Below the pieces are notes generated by a model. The model saw only the letters and a list, made by a program, of their open reading frames with translations. It was not told the origin of the DNA and did not search any database. From Octopus bimaculoides (lineage: Eukaryota), in the NCBI RefSeq assembly GCF_001194135.2, contig NC_068994.1:32672625-32736624 (forward strand): DNA of 64,000 nucleotides, given 5' to 3'. Shown one piece after another: positions 13,921-25,103 of the stretch. Each line of letters begins with the position of its first letter. Position 1 is the first letter of the stretch. A program made the position numbers and the translations under genes.

Positions 13921-14804
13921 TATATATNNNNNNNNNNNNNNNNNNNNNNNNNNNNNNNNNNNNNNNNNNNNNNNNNNNNNNNNNNNNNNNNNNNNNNNNN
14001 NNNNNNNNNNNNNNNNNNNNNNNNNNNNNNNNNNNNNNNNNNNNNNNNNNNNNNNNNNNNNNNNNNNNNNNNNNNNNNNNNNNNNNNNNNNNNNNNNNNN
14101 NNNNNNNNNNNNNNNNNNNNNNNNNNNNNNNNNNNNNNNNNNNNNNNNNNNNNNNNNNNNNNNNATATATATATATATATATATATATACACAAACATAA
14201 TTATCTACATCATTTTCACTTAACATCTGTTTTCCATGCTGGCATGGGTTGGATGGTTTGACAAGAGCTAGTGTGCCTGAGGAAATATATCAAACCCCAA
14301 TGTCTGCTTTTGACATGGTTTCTATAGCCAGATGCCCTTCCTTTATGGAGTGTACTCTATACTTTCTTTGTGGGACCAGCACTAGTGAGGTCACCAAGTA
14401 ACTCACAAATCAAGACTCACAACTGAGTGGAATAGAGTATTAGGGAAGGTAACTTTATGCAAGGTAATAAGGGGTTAAATTATGATAGATGGACAGTATA
14501 TATCAGTCTGCCCTAACTCTTCGAAACGCTAGTGTTAGAATGGTGGCAGCTGATGAAGGAAATGTTCTCTATGTAGCCTGTGCTTTCTGTACTCTGTTTA
14601 TCATTTTGTCTACGTTTTGTTTGCAACGTCCTGTACCCAGATATGCATCTATATAAACAGGTAGATGTAGGTATATACATACATGTACGTATATATGCAT
14701 ACACTCATTTATTATTTATATATATATGTATATATATATGTGTGTGTGTGTATGTGTATGTATGTATGTATGTATGTATGTATGTATGTATATATAGATG
14801 CAGG

Positions 14805-15090
14805 TATTGCTATGTGGTAAAAAGCTTGCTTCCCATCCATATGGTTTGGGGTTCAGTCCCACTGTGGCACCTAGGGCAAGTGTCTTCTATTATAGTCATG
14901 GGCTGACCAAAGCCTTGTGAATGGATGTGGTAGACGGAAACTGAAAGAAGCTTGTCGCATATATGTATATGCATATATTTGTGTGTGTGTGTGTGTATGT
15001 GTGTGTATCTGTCTTAGTCCCTCCACATTCACCTGACAACCGCTGCTGGTGTGTTTAAGTCCCCATAAATTAGGGGTTCAGCAAAAGACA
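14805..15090 (+). mobile_element. SINE family A, 3'-interrupted
   Basis: Head gctatgtggtaaaaagcttgcttccc...ggttcagtcccactgtggcacctagggcaag. Confidence 0.75.
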
Positions 15091-16088
15091 CTTTTGAACC
15101 TTACCATAAATATAATTAACAGAACCGTGTACACGTTCTCCATTCGTGGGGAACAACTAGTATATGATTCTGAGAATTATATTTATTTGGCAGTCTGTAC
15201 TGATGAGAAACAGATATTTTTGGTAAGAAAGTATTAATTTCAAAACTAGTTTGTGAATAACTTTGTATATATTTATGTAATTTTCACTTGTCTTGCCCAT
15301 ATACGTTTTGTTACTTCGCTAAATTTCCTTTGAGAACAATTCGGTCTTAGTAGACACATTACATGTGATCTTCTAGCACATTAACAGTCCACCTAGTGGT
15401 CTCCTTTATATATATACATATACAATAATCCTTTGAGATCTCAGATATTTTTTCTGAATCTCCTTGATTCTTTTAATGCGCTTGTTCCCTGGTATTAAAT
15501 TGATATTAATTAATATCCAATTTTTTACCCTAATGTTTTAATTTAATTAACCATAACCACGTTCTCAAAGCTGGTATATTCTATGCAGAAACCATTTTCT
15601 GCAGAGATATTTCCGGATTTAGCGCTCCAAAACGAAGACTTTTGAATCTTACCATAAATATAATTAACAGAACCATGTGCGCGTTCTTCATTCGTGGGGA
15701 ACAACTAGTATATGATTCTGGGAATTATATTTATTTGGCAGTCCGTACTCATGAGAAACAGATATTTTTGGTAAGAAAGTATTAATTTCAAAACTAGTTT
15801 GCGGATAACTTTGCATATATTTATTTAATTTTCACTTGTCTTGCTCGTATACGTTTTGTTACTTCGCTAAATTTCCTTTGAGAACAATTCGGTCTTAGTA
15901 GACACATTACATGTGATCTTCTAGCACATTAACAGTCCACCTAGTGGTCTCCTTTATATATATACATATACAATAATCCTTTGAGATCTCAGATATTTTT
16001 TCTGAATCTCCTTGATTCTTTTAATATGCTTGTTCCCTGGTATTAAATTGATATTAATTAATATCCAATTTTTTACCCTAATGTTTTA

Positions 16089-16092
<4 letters not shown>
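15091..16092. repeat. Tandem duplication, 548-bp unit x~1.8
   Basis: cttttgaaccttaccataaata at 15091 recurs at 15639; high identity by eye. Confidence 0.9.
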
Positions 16093-16136
<44 letters not shown>

Positions 16137-16189
16137 TGATATACACACATGTACATATATATATACACTACACACATACATATTTATTT

Positions 16190-16605
16190 TTTAGTTGTTT
16201 CAGTCATTGATCTGCAGCCCCATCTGGGGCACCACCTTGAGTGTTTAGTCAAAGAAATTGATTCCAGTACCAATTTTCAAAGTCTTTTTCTTATTCCATT
16301 GGCCTTTACTGCCAAAGTGCAAAATTAGGGAGATGTAAATAAACCAACAATGTTTATGAAGTGGTGTTGAGGTGGTGGCAAACACAGACACACATGCACA
16401 CACACACACACACACACACACATTTATGTATGTATGTATGTATGTACGTATACGAAGACCTTCTACATGGTTTCCCTCTTCCAACTTCACACACAAGACA
16501 TTGGCTCACTCGGAACTAAAATAGAAGGCACTTACTTGTTCAAGGTGCCATGCAGTAAGAGTGAACCAAAAGCCACATGGTTGCAACACAAGCTTCTTAA
16601 CCATA
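16190..16605 (-). mobile_element. SINE family A, diverged
   Basis: Tail and head motifs recognisable with many transitions. Confidence 0.7.
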
Positions 16606-16941
16606 CATATATATTTTTATGCATGCACTTTTATATATGTGTGCATGGGCTCTGCAGGTTACCAACTCTATGTATTTGCAATAAACATACAGTTCACTTA
16701 AATGGCTCTGCAGAAGCTATAAAATGTTGCATGAGCACTTACCTCTGAGTGCAATACTTCTTATAGCAGAAACAGCTGTAAGTCAATGAATGTTACAAAG
16801 AGAGAGAGTGAGTGAGAGAGAGAAAGAAAGTATGCATGAAGCTTGGGTTCAGTCCCACTGTGCAGCACCTTGAGCAAGTATCTTTTACTGTAGCCCCAAG
16901 TTGACTACAGCCATGTGAGTGGATTTGAAAGAAACCCATCA

Positions 16942-16981
<40 letters not shown>

Positions 16982-17676
16982 CGTGTGTGTTTGTGAGCGT
17001 GTGTATGTGCATGTGTGCGTTTGTAGCCATGTCATAATATATGATGATTACAAACGAACGTCATCATCATTATACAAGCAATGTTCTTCATTTTCAGTCT
17101 TCCATGAAAAACATGTCTGACCATGGGGGAAGTATTACTTTGCTTGGAAAGAGGTGAAGGTTGGTAACAGAAAAGGCATCCAGCTGTAGAAAAATCAGTC
17201 TCAACAGATTCTGTCTGACACATGCAAGCATGGTTAAGTGAATATTAAATGATGATAATATGTGTGCATGTGCACACACACACACACACACATACACACA
17301 CACATATATGCATTGCACACACACATTTTGCATAATATGCATGCTTTTAATATCAGACCAAAATAATTACATATGTGTGTAAGTATGTGTAAGAATGCAC
17401 GTTTATATATACTGTATATTTATAAATGCATATCTATATACGTCTAGTAATTATTACAGCAAAGTTATAAACACATAAAATTCATGTACAATATGATATA
17501 TGTGTGTGTGTGTGTGTGCGTGTGCGTGTGTCTGTGTGTGTGTGTGTGCATGTGCGTGTGTCTGTGTGTGTGTGATGCAATATTATAAAATATAATTTAA
17601 TATTAAATTTAATGTTATATTATTATTAATATGATACATACATATATTTATATAAATACACATGCACACACATATA

Positions 17677-17712
<36 letters not shown>

Positions 17713-18113
17713 CACACACACATTTTCATATACATATATGTGTGTTTATGTTAAAATATATATTTTTACACACACACACACACGCACTCAAACATATAAA
17801 CACAAATTTGTCTGTCAATATCTATGCATGGAAGCATGCCTCTGTGTGTTTGTTTGCATGTGCATGCGTGTGCATGTGCATGCGTGTGCATGTGTATGAG
17901 ATTATACATATGTATTATTCAAAATTTCATTAAGTCTAATGTAATTCAGGTTGTTTTCATTAAAGCTGGCATAAATATTTGCTCGAGAGATATAAATTGA
18001 AGATATAGTCCTAATGTGTGTATATACATGCATATATATATGTGTGTATGTGAATCTGTATATATGCACATAGTTATCTCTTACTCCCTCTTTCTCATTA
18101 TATCCATACATGT

Positions 18114-18157
<44 letters not shown>

Positions 18158-18164
18158 CACACAC

Positions 18165-18201
<37 letters not shown>

Positions 18202-18889
18202 GCTTGGATTTTAATAAAACTGGTTGTAAATAGTATTTTTGCTTTGACCTCAAACCAAACTGAATATGAATTGTTCCTCGAGGAGTTTGTTCAATACAAC
18301 TTAATGAATATTAATAATTTCAAGCAAACACACACGGAGCAGATGATTGACAGGATCAGTTCGGCACCAAGCAGAATGCATTGTGGTATTTAGTTAAGTC
18401 TTTTTTTAGGCATGAGTTCAAATCCTACCAAGACCAGATTTACCTTTTATCTTTTAGGCAACATTATATTTTCTTATTTCTTTATTGCCCACAAGGGGCT
18501 AAACATAGAGGGGACAAACAAGGACAGACAAATGGGTTAGTTAAGTTGATTACATCGACCCCAGTGCATAACTAGTTCTTAATTTATCGACCCTGAAAGA
18601 ATGAAAGGCAAAGTCAACCTCGGCGGAATTTGAACTCAGAACGTAACGGTAGACGAAATGCCGCTAAGTATTTCGCCCGGCGTGTTAACGATTCTGCCAA
18701 CATGCCGCATTGTATTTTCTGCCGAGCAAATCAGTGTGTATAGTGTAAACATACAAACATCACTATATTTCCAAATCCATCTGCATTTCACATGGAATTG
18801 TTGGTTCTCCAACGTTGCCCTGATATTTAATTTTATATGGGGCTGAAATTTGGACCTTCACCAAAAAGCTTGAAAAACAAATAGATAGC

Positions 18890-19200
18890 TGCTACAGAAG
18901 AATGTTAAGAATGGTTCTGAATATTACATGGAGAGCTCATTAAACCAATGAGAAGCTTTATCAAGATCTAACCAAAGTGACAGACAAGATTCAGCAGAGA
19001 AGAATAAAAATTGCTGGTCCTTGCGTCAAGCACCTGGAAGAATCTGTGTGTGTCAACTGGTCTTATGGCAGTCAGTTGAAGGGAGAATCAATATAGGGGA
19101 AGAAAAGGTCTAGCATATGTAGACAACAGAATGGTAAATGTTGATGAATTAAGAACATGTGTAGGGAACAACGATGGATAGTGTGCTTGTATGAAATCAT
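18890..19200 (+). mobile_element. RTE-like LINE ORF2 C-terminal fragment
   Basis: RMLRMVLNITW...NEKLYQDLTKVTDKIQQRRIKIAG, with stops. Confidence 0.6.
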
Positions 19201-19399
19201 AGAAGCATCTGAGAGCATGCTTTAACATGCTTACTGTGGTACAGACAGTTCATTTTGCATCGTAGACAATTGAAGTTAAATTTTGCCCTTTTGCACTTCA
19301 GTTTGGAATTGTTGCTGTGTTTCCTTTGTTCGTTTATAGTGTTATTATTTGAACACAATATCATTATTTGTCTTACATTATAACAGTTGCGATGAGGGG

Positions 19400-19815
19400 T
19401 GTTACGGCTGATCTGATCAATGGAACAGCTAGCTCATGAAATTAACCTACAAGTGGCTGGGCACTCCACAGACAAACATACTCCTTATCATAGTTATCAA
19501 GGAAATTCAGCGTGATACAGAATATGACAAAAACAGGGCCCTTTGAATTACACATTTTTGCTAGATGAGTGGACCAGAGCAGCATAAATTAAGTAATGTT
19601 TTACTTACAATGTGCCACAGGGAATTGAACAAATGATCTTACGACCATGAATTGAACGCCACTAAGCCACGTGCCTTTACAAGGAGCTAAGTGGACTGGA
19701 GCAACATGAAATGAAATGCTTTGCTCAAGAGTACAATGCAATGCCTGATCTAGGAACTGAAACCACAATCTTATGATCATGAGTGCAACACACTAACCAC
19801 TAAGCCACGTATCTC
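19400..19815 (-). mobile_element. Stacked fragments of family B SINEs
   Basis: gctcatgaaattaac...gcactccacagac tail plus two heads ending ccactaagccacg. Similar copies at 41200-41485, 4620-4800 and 32040-32200. Confidence 0.65.
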
Positions 19816-20622
19816 TACAACGCAATGACAACACTCGTGTTAAAGTGTATTAAACATTACTTTTCCTTTGAACAACATCAGTGGAGTGGAGAGGGGTAAT
19901 TTGTATATATGGATAAATGGTTACCTTAAAAAAAACCCTTGTCCAGGTTTGCTTCGTAATAAGGAACTTGAGTGTAGATCCTCAACAGTTTTTAATAGAT
20001 GACAAAGGCCATCGACATATTAAAGCTATATATATATGTAGGTTTTTATGGAGAGGATATATATATATCAGTGGTGAGTGAAATATATATCAGTGGCAAA
20101 TTCAATGTTTTCTTGAAATAATAAATTTCTATAGAGATTAGGATTTAAATTCCAATCTATGAAAAGTTTCGATCTACAATATTCTTAAAGGAATGGAAAA
20201 TTATGTAGTAACTCAGGCTAATATGAATGAGCCTGGTAAGGTGTAAAGGACTGACCGACATCTCTTGTCAAGAATACAGGCGACAGTCAGATTGGTGATG
20301 TTTGACGTGAACTCTGCTTTCATTATTTGATTGCTGTTATTCTATGCGTCTTTGTGCAAAGATCAGTTGTGTTTTGCATGGTTGCCTTATTTTTACCCTA
20401 AACTTAGAAATGGAGAAAGACATAGGGGTAGGTATAAAAAAAATAAGCCATTTGGGGCTAAAAATATTGTGGAGAAATGTGAGGCATCCTTTCATTATAA
20501 GCAGTAAACTTGCTTGCTGTTAAATTATCCGTGCATTACGTCTCTTACCGTCTTTTATACATGTGTCTTATACGAAATCTGTGATGAGCCCAAGTGACGC
20601 TGATGACCTGGAGTCACCTTTG

Positions 20623-20692
<70 letters not shown>

Positions 20693-20724
20693 TTATACAC
20701 ACACACATATCTACACACACACAG

Positions 20725-21125
20725 CTCTTACTTTTTACTTGTTTCAATCATTTGACTGTGGCCATGCTGAATGACTGGCTTCAAGAATTTTAGTCTAATG
20801 AATTGACCCCAGTACTTATTAATATTCTTGTAAAGCTTGGTACTTATTCTACCAGTCTCTGTTGCCAAACTGCTAAATCATGCAGATGTAAATGCACCAA
20901 TACAGGTTGACCAGCAGTAGTGAGGGGACAAACACACACACACGCATGCGCGTATATGCACACACATATATACATGCTGAGCTTCTTTCAATTTCCATCT
21001 ACCAAGTCTACTCACAATGTTTTGATCAGCTCAAGGCTATAGCAGCAGACACTTGCCCAAGGTGCCACTCAGAGGGAGTGAACCCAGAACCATATAGTTG
21101 GAAAGCAAACTTCTTACCACACCTG
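20725..21125 (-). mobile_element. SINE family A
   Basis: Family A tail and head motifs. Confidence 0.75.
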
Positions 21126-21516
21126 TAATCATACATCTATATTATATATTAAAGGTGTATATATGTATGTTAATATCGAATAATGAGAATGAATGCTCAA
21201 TACTACATTTGTGGGTTAACTAGATTACCATTGGTTTCATGTGGATAGAGATATCTCTTTCAACAATTATTCAAATCTGTATCAGGGAACGTTGGTGTTT
21301 ATCTCCATCTTGGAAAAGAACAAGGGTTGTCTGGTTAACTCACAATTAAAGTATATGTATCATTTTCCTTTTATCTTTTGCTTGTTTCAGTCATTAGACC
21401 GTGGCCATGCTGGGGTACTTCCTTGAAGAATGAATCGGCCTCAGTACTTATTTTTTGCTAAGCCTGATACTTATTCTAACAGTCTCTTCTTGCAGAACCA
21501 CTAAAAGACCAAAACA

Positions 21517-21597
21517 ATGGCAGGAAACAAAACTGGTTGGAGAGATCGTGTTGTGGCCTTATGTGCCTCATGGCATGAAGAGGACTAAATAACTAAG
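21517..21597 (+). mobile_element. Severely 5'-truncated LINE 3' end
   Basis: MAGNKTGWRDRVVALCASWHEED* followed by a taaataactaag tail. Confidence 0.6.
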
Positions 21598-23484
21598 ACA
21601 CACCATACCAGTAAGTTAAAAGAAACAAGGCAGGACAGGATGTGGTTACATCTGAAACATCACCAATATAGTGGCGTATGGTGGTTGTGTTGTATTGGGT
21701 GTGGCACCACACCCAATGCCACCAAATTTCAAGCAGGAGTATAACAAAAGTTTCCCATTAAGATTTCTAATTAAATTAAGGAGTAAGGTTAATACTTATA
21801 ATGAATTTGCCATTTTTGATGGGTGTGTAGCACACACCTAGCATACCAGGAATATACACCCCTGCATCAATCATAAGTTTATTCAATTAATGTTACTGAC
21901 TTGGTGCTAACCAACAACAACAATTATGAATAGTTTAAGAAATTCTCACATGATATTAAGAAGCTTGCTGTATGAATAAGGCATTTGGACTCAAGGTTGA
22001 TATGATCATCATGTATTCAAATCATCATCATCATTATTGTTTTAATGTCTACTTTTCCATGCTTCCATGGGTCAGACAGAAGACTAATGATTGTTGAGGC
22101 GATGGAATTAGTTGAAACTATCGACCCCGAAAAAAATGAGAGAAAAAAGTTCATCTCAACAAGTTTCAAATTCAGAACGTAAAGAAGCGGATCAAATACC
22201 ACAAGACATTTCCTCCGCGACTTTTGCGATTCTGCTACTCCGCCATCCAAGGTCCGTCGCCAGACTTTGGTGCCTGAGGGTGCTTCAAAATATTTTGTGT
22301 GGGCACTAATTTCGTATTGCGGGAAGACTTTTATAAACTGTATTTTCTAAACCTCATGGTGCACCATTGAATAGCGAGGAAGGAAGTGCCATGCAGTGAA
22401 TTTAACAGTTTTTGTGTCATTTTGAATCTACGCCTGTAATTATTAAAAATAATAAATCAAACAAATTTGAAGAGTAGTCTCCACTAGCAGATTCAAGAGT
22501 AGTTTCCCTTTACAGGTTTTCTGGTCGAGATAAAAATTGTTTGTTAACAGTGAACGGAATTATTTTATAACAAGTCGTTATAAGATTTTCTAAAAAGTTG
22601 CAGAATATATTTAGCTTTTAACTATAATTATATAGTGGAACACACTCGCTCAAGGTGTAGTGCTGTGGGACAGAACCTGATTCGACGTGGTTGTGAAGCG
22701 AACTCTGTAATACCACAGCCACGTGGAAGGTTCATGGAGTCTTGAGTAAGGCGTTAAACAACAGTAACAACGTCGACAACATTAACAGTAACTATACTAG
22801 TATCCTCATAAATAGAAAGATATGCAATATTGTGTATCATCGGTGGATCGTATATCCGAAGAAAGAAACACACTCAAAAAGTTTAGAGCACTACTGTATA
22901 TATATTAAGTTAAAAATACTTCCGGTTACAAAGTGACCAATGGTTTCGCATCCATGAAACGCTTAGCTTTACAGACGGCTCGACAGAGTCCATTGGCAGT
23001 GGGCATATACCCTCTCTTCGAAGAGAGGGTATATGTCCACGGCCACACACACTGCATGTGAGTGTGTGTGTGTGTGTGTGGGGGGGGGAAATAAGGAGCA
23101 ATTCCATCACAGGTAGATGAAAACTTGCTACAAGTAATCACGTGTTCCAGCTCATAGCGGTCGGTGGCTAAACCGGTCCCTGCTGAACTTGCCCAGGTCC
23201 AGTGAAGATAGTGTGTGGACAATCAGCAGGATTTTTAACAAAAAAAAGGTGGTGGGGAAACGAAACTACTTTCGATGGCGGATGAACTCAATAAGTTAAA
23301 TAACGACCTCTATATCAAGAACGGGAGATGGACACCATTCATTACAATTATCAAACCCAGAGAAATACTTGAATAGATGTCACATTAAAGCTGATATTCC
23401 ATTAAAATTGTATTTCTGCCTCGTTAGATATCATCAGCACAGTAACTATCCTCGCTTATCTCCAGCATACGAAACACTCACATC

Positions 23485-23885
23485 TTTTATCTTTTACTTG
23501 TTCCAGTTAGTAGACTGCGGTCATGCTGGAGCACCGCATTGAAGAATTTTAGTCGAATGACTCGACTCCAGGATTTTTTTTAAGCCTGATACTTATTCTA
23601 TCAGTCCTTTTGCCGAACCGCAAGTGTTACAGGGATATAAACGCACCAACACCGGTTGTCAAGCGGTGGTAGGGGGACAAACACAGACACAAAGACACAC
23701 ACACATAGACATATACATATACGATAGGCTTCCTTCAGTTTCCGTCTACCAAATCCACTCTCAAGGCTTTGGTCAGCCTGAGACTATAGTAGAAAACATT
23801 TGCTCAACGAGTCACGTAGTGGGACTGAACTCGGAAACATGTGGTTGGGAAGCAAGCTTCTTACCACACAGCCACGCCTGCGCCT
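23485..23885 (-). mobile_element. SINE family A, full length
   Basis: Ends in cacacagccacgcctgcgcct (5' end of head). Confidence 0.8.
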
Positions 23886-24049
23886 ATGTACAAGAACATG
23901 TTTAAAGCAAAAGTCGTTTGCATAAATGGAACGAAGACGAGTTAAAGAAAATGGTATACAGATGAACAAAGGCAAAGAAGTTTTCCAAGACAAATTATTT
24001 AAAAAATATTTCTCGAAGCGAACCACTTCCACGTAACTAAAAAAATCTG

Positions 24050-24405
24050 CAGGCGCAAGCATGGCTGCGTAGTTGATGAGTTCACCTTCCAATAATGTGA
24101 CCTTGAGTTCAGTTCTACTGCACGGTACCTTGGTCCCGGACTGACCAAAGTCTTGTGAGTGGATTTTTGTAGATGGAAACTGAAAGAAGCCCGTCATATG
24201 TGTGTGTGTGTGTGTGTGTGTGTGTCTTTGTGCTTGTGATCGTTCCCCATCACCGCTTGACTACCGATTTTGTTTTGTTTACTCCCACGTTACTTAGTGG
24301 TTCGGCAAAAGAAATTAACAGAATAAGTACCAAACTGAAAGTATGTACTGCAGTCAACTTGCTCGACTTAAACCCTTCACTGTAGTGCTCCTGAATGGCC
24401 GCTGT
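24050..24405 (+). mobile_element. SINE family A
   Basis: ggcgcaagcatggctgcgtag... to ...gaatggccgctgtcc. Confidence 0.7.
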
Positions 24406-24803
24406 CCAGTAAAAAAAAAAAAGATATCGATGCTAACCAGAACACATCTTCATTGCCAAACTACTGCCTCCCATTAAGATTAAAATAAATAAATAAACAA
24501 ATATATAAACTCCCTTGCCGGTTGCCGAAGTAATTCATGCTACAGACACACACCATTTCACGCTTAACTCAGGTAGCGGGATTTTGAGCGAACGAAAATT
24601 GTGAAGTACGATCACAAATTTCGGGGTACAGTCGGTAATTTTGCTCTTGCGGAATGTACACTTTCTTCTAAGCGAAAAGTTCGCTTCGCATTTTACAACA
24701 TGAAAATCAATGAGAAAATTAATTTCATTTTTCGGGATTTTTCCTGTTTCGAGAAGTTTTATCAGGAGCACATTACTTTCGTATTTACCTGGTTAACCTA
24801 AGG

Positions 24804-25103
24804 CAGGGGTTTCCAAATGGGTCCTGAGGACCCCCTAGCGGTCGGTGAGCAACTACAGGGTGTCGATGATAGCCAAGGAGTCGAATGGGGGGGTGGTGCG
24901 AAAGAGCAGCTCATCCAGATGAACTGCTTGAAATAGTCAGCACCATGAAACGTGAAAGCATGATAAATTTTCGCTGTTGCTAACGTTCGAGGCCGGATGT
25001 GGCTAAAGGGGGTCGATGTGGAAGGAGAAGTGGCTAAAGGAGGTCGATGCGGAAGGAGAAGTGGCTAAAGGGGGTCGATGGTCGAAAAGTTTGGTGACCT
25101 CTG
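24804..25103. mobile_element. hAT-type MITE, 300 bp
   Basis: TIR caggggtttccaaa / tttggtgacctctg; 8-bp TSD acctaagg / acctaaga; internal 31-bp tandem repeat x~2.7. Confidence 0.8.

Noticed and set aside
22930-22990. Minus-strand CUGUCGA...GAAAC-CAUUG-GUC hammerhead-like reading
   Set aside because: Core A6 is altered and stem I is mostly wobble or mismatch; the plus-strand fold explains the sequence better. Worth including in a cleavage assay only as a control.
23030-23060. UCCACGGC resembling an HDV-like ribozyme L3
   Set aside because: No matching P1 5' strand and no GG for P1.1.
24980-25080. 31-bp repeats superficially like a CRISPR array
   Set aside because: Directly tandem with no spacers, inside a hAT MITE in a eukaryotic genome.
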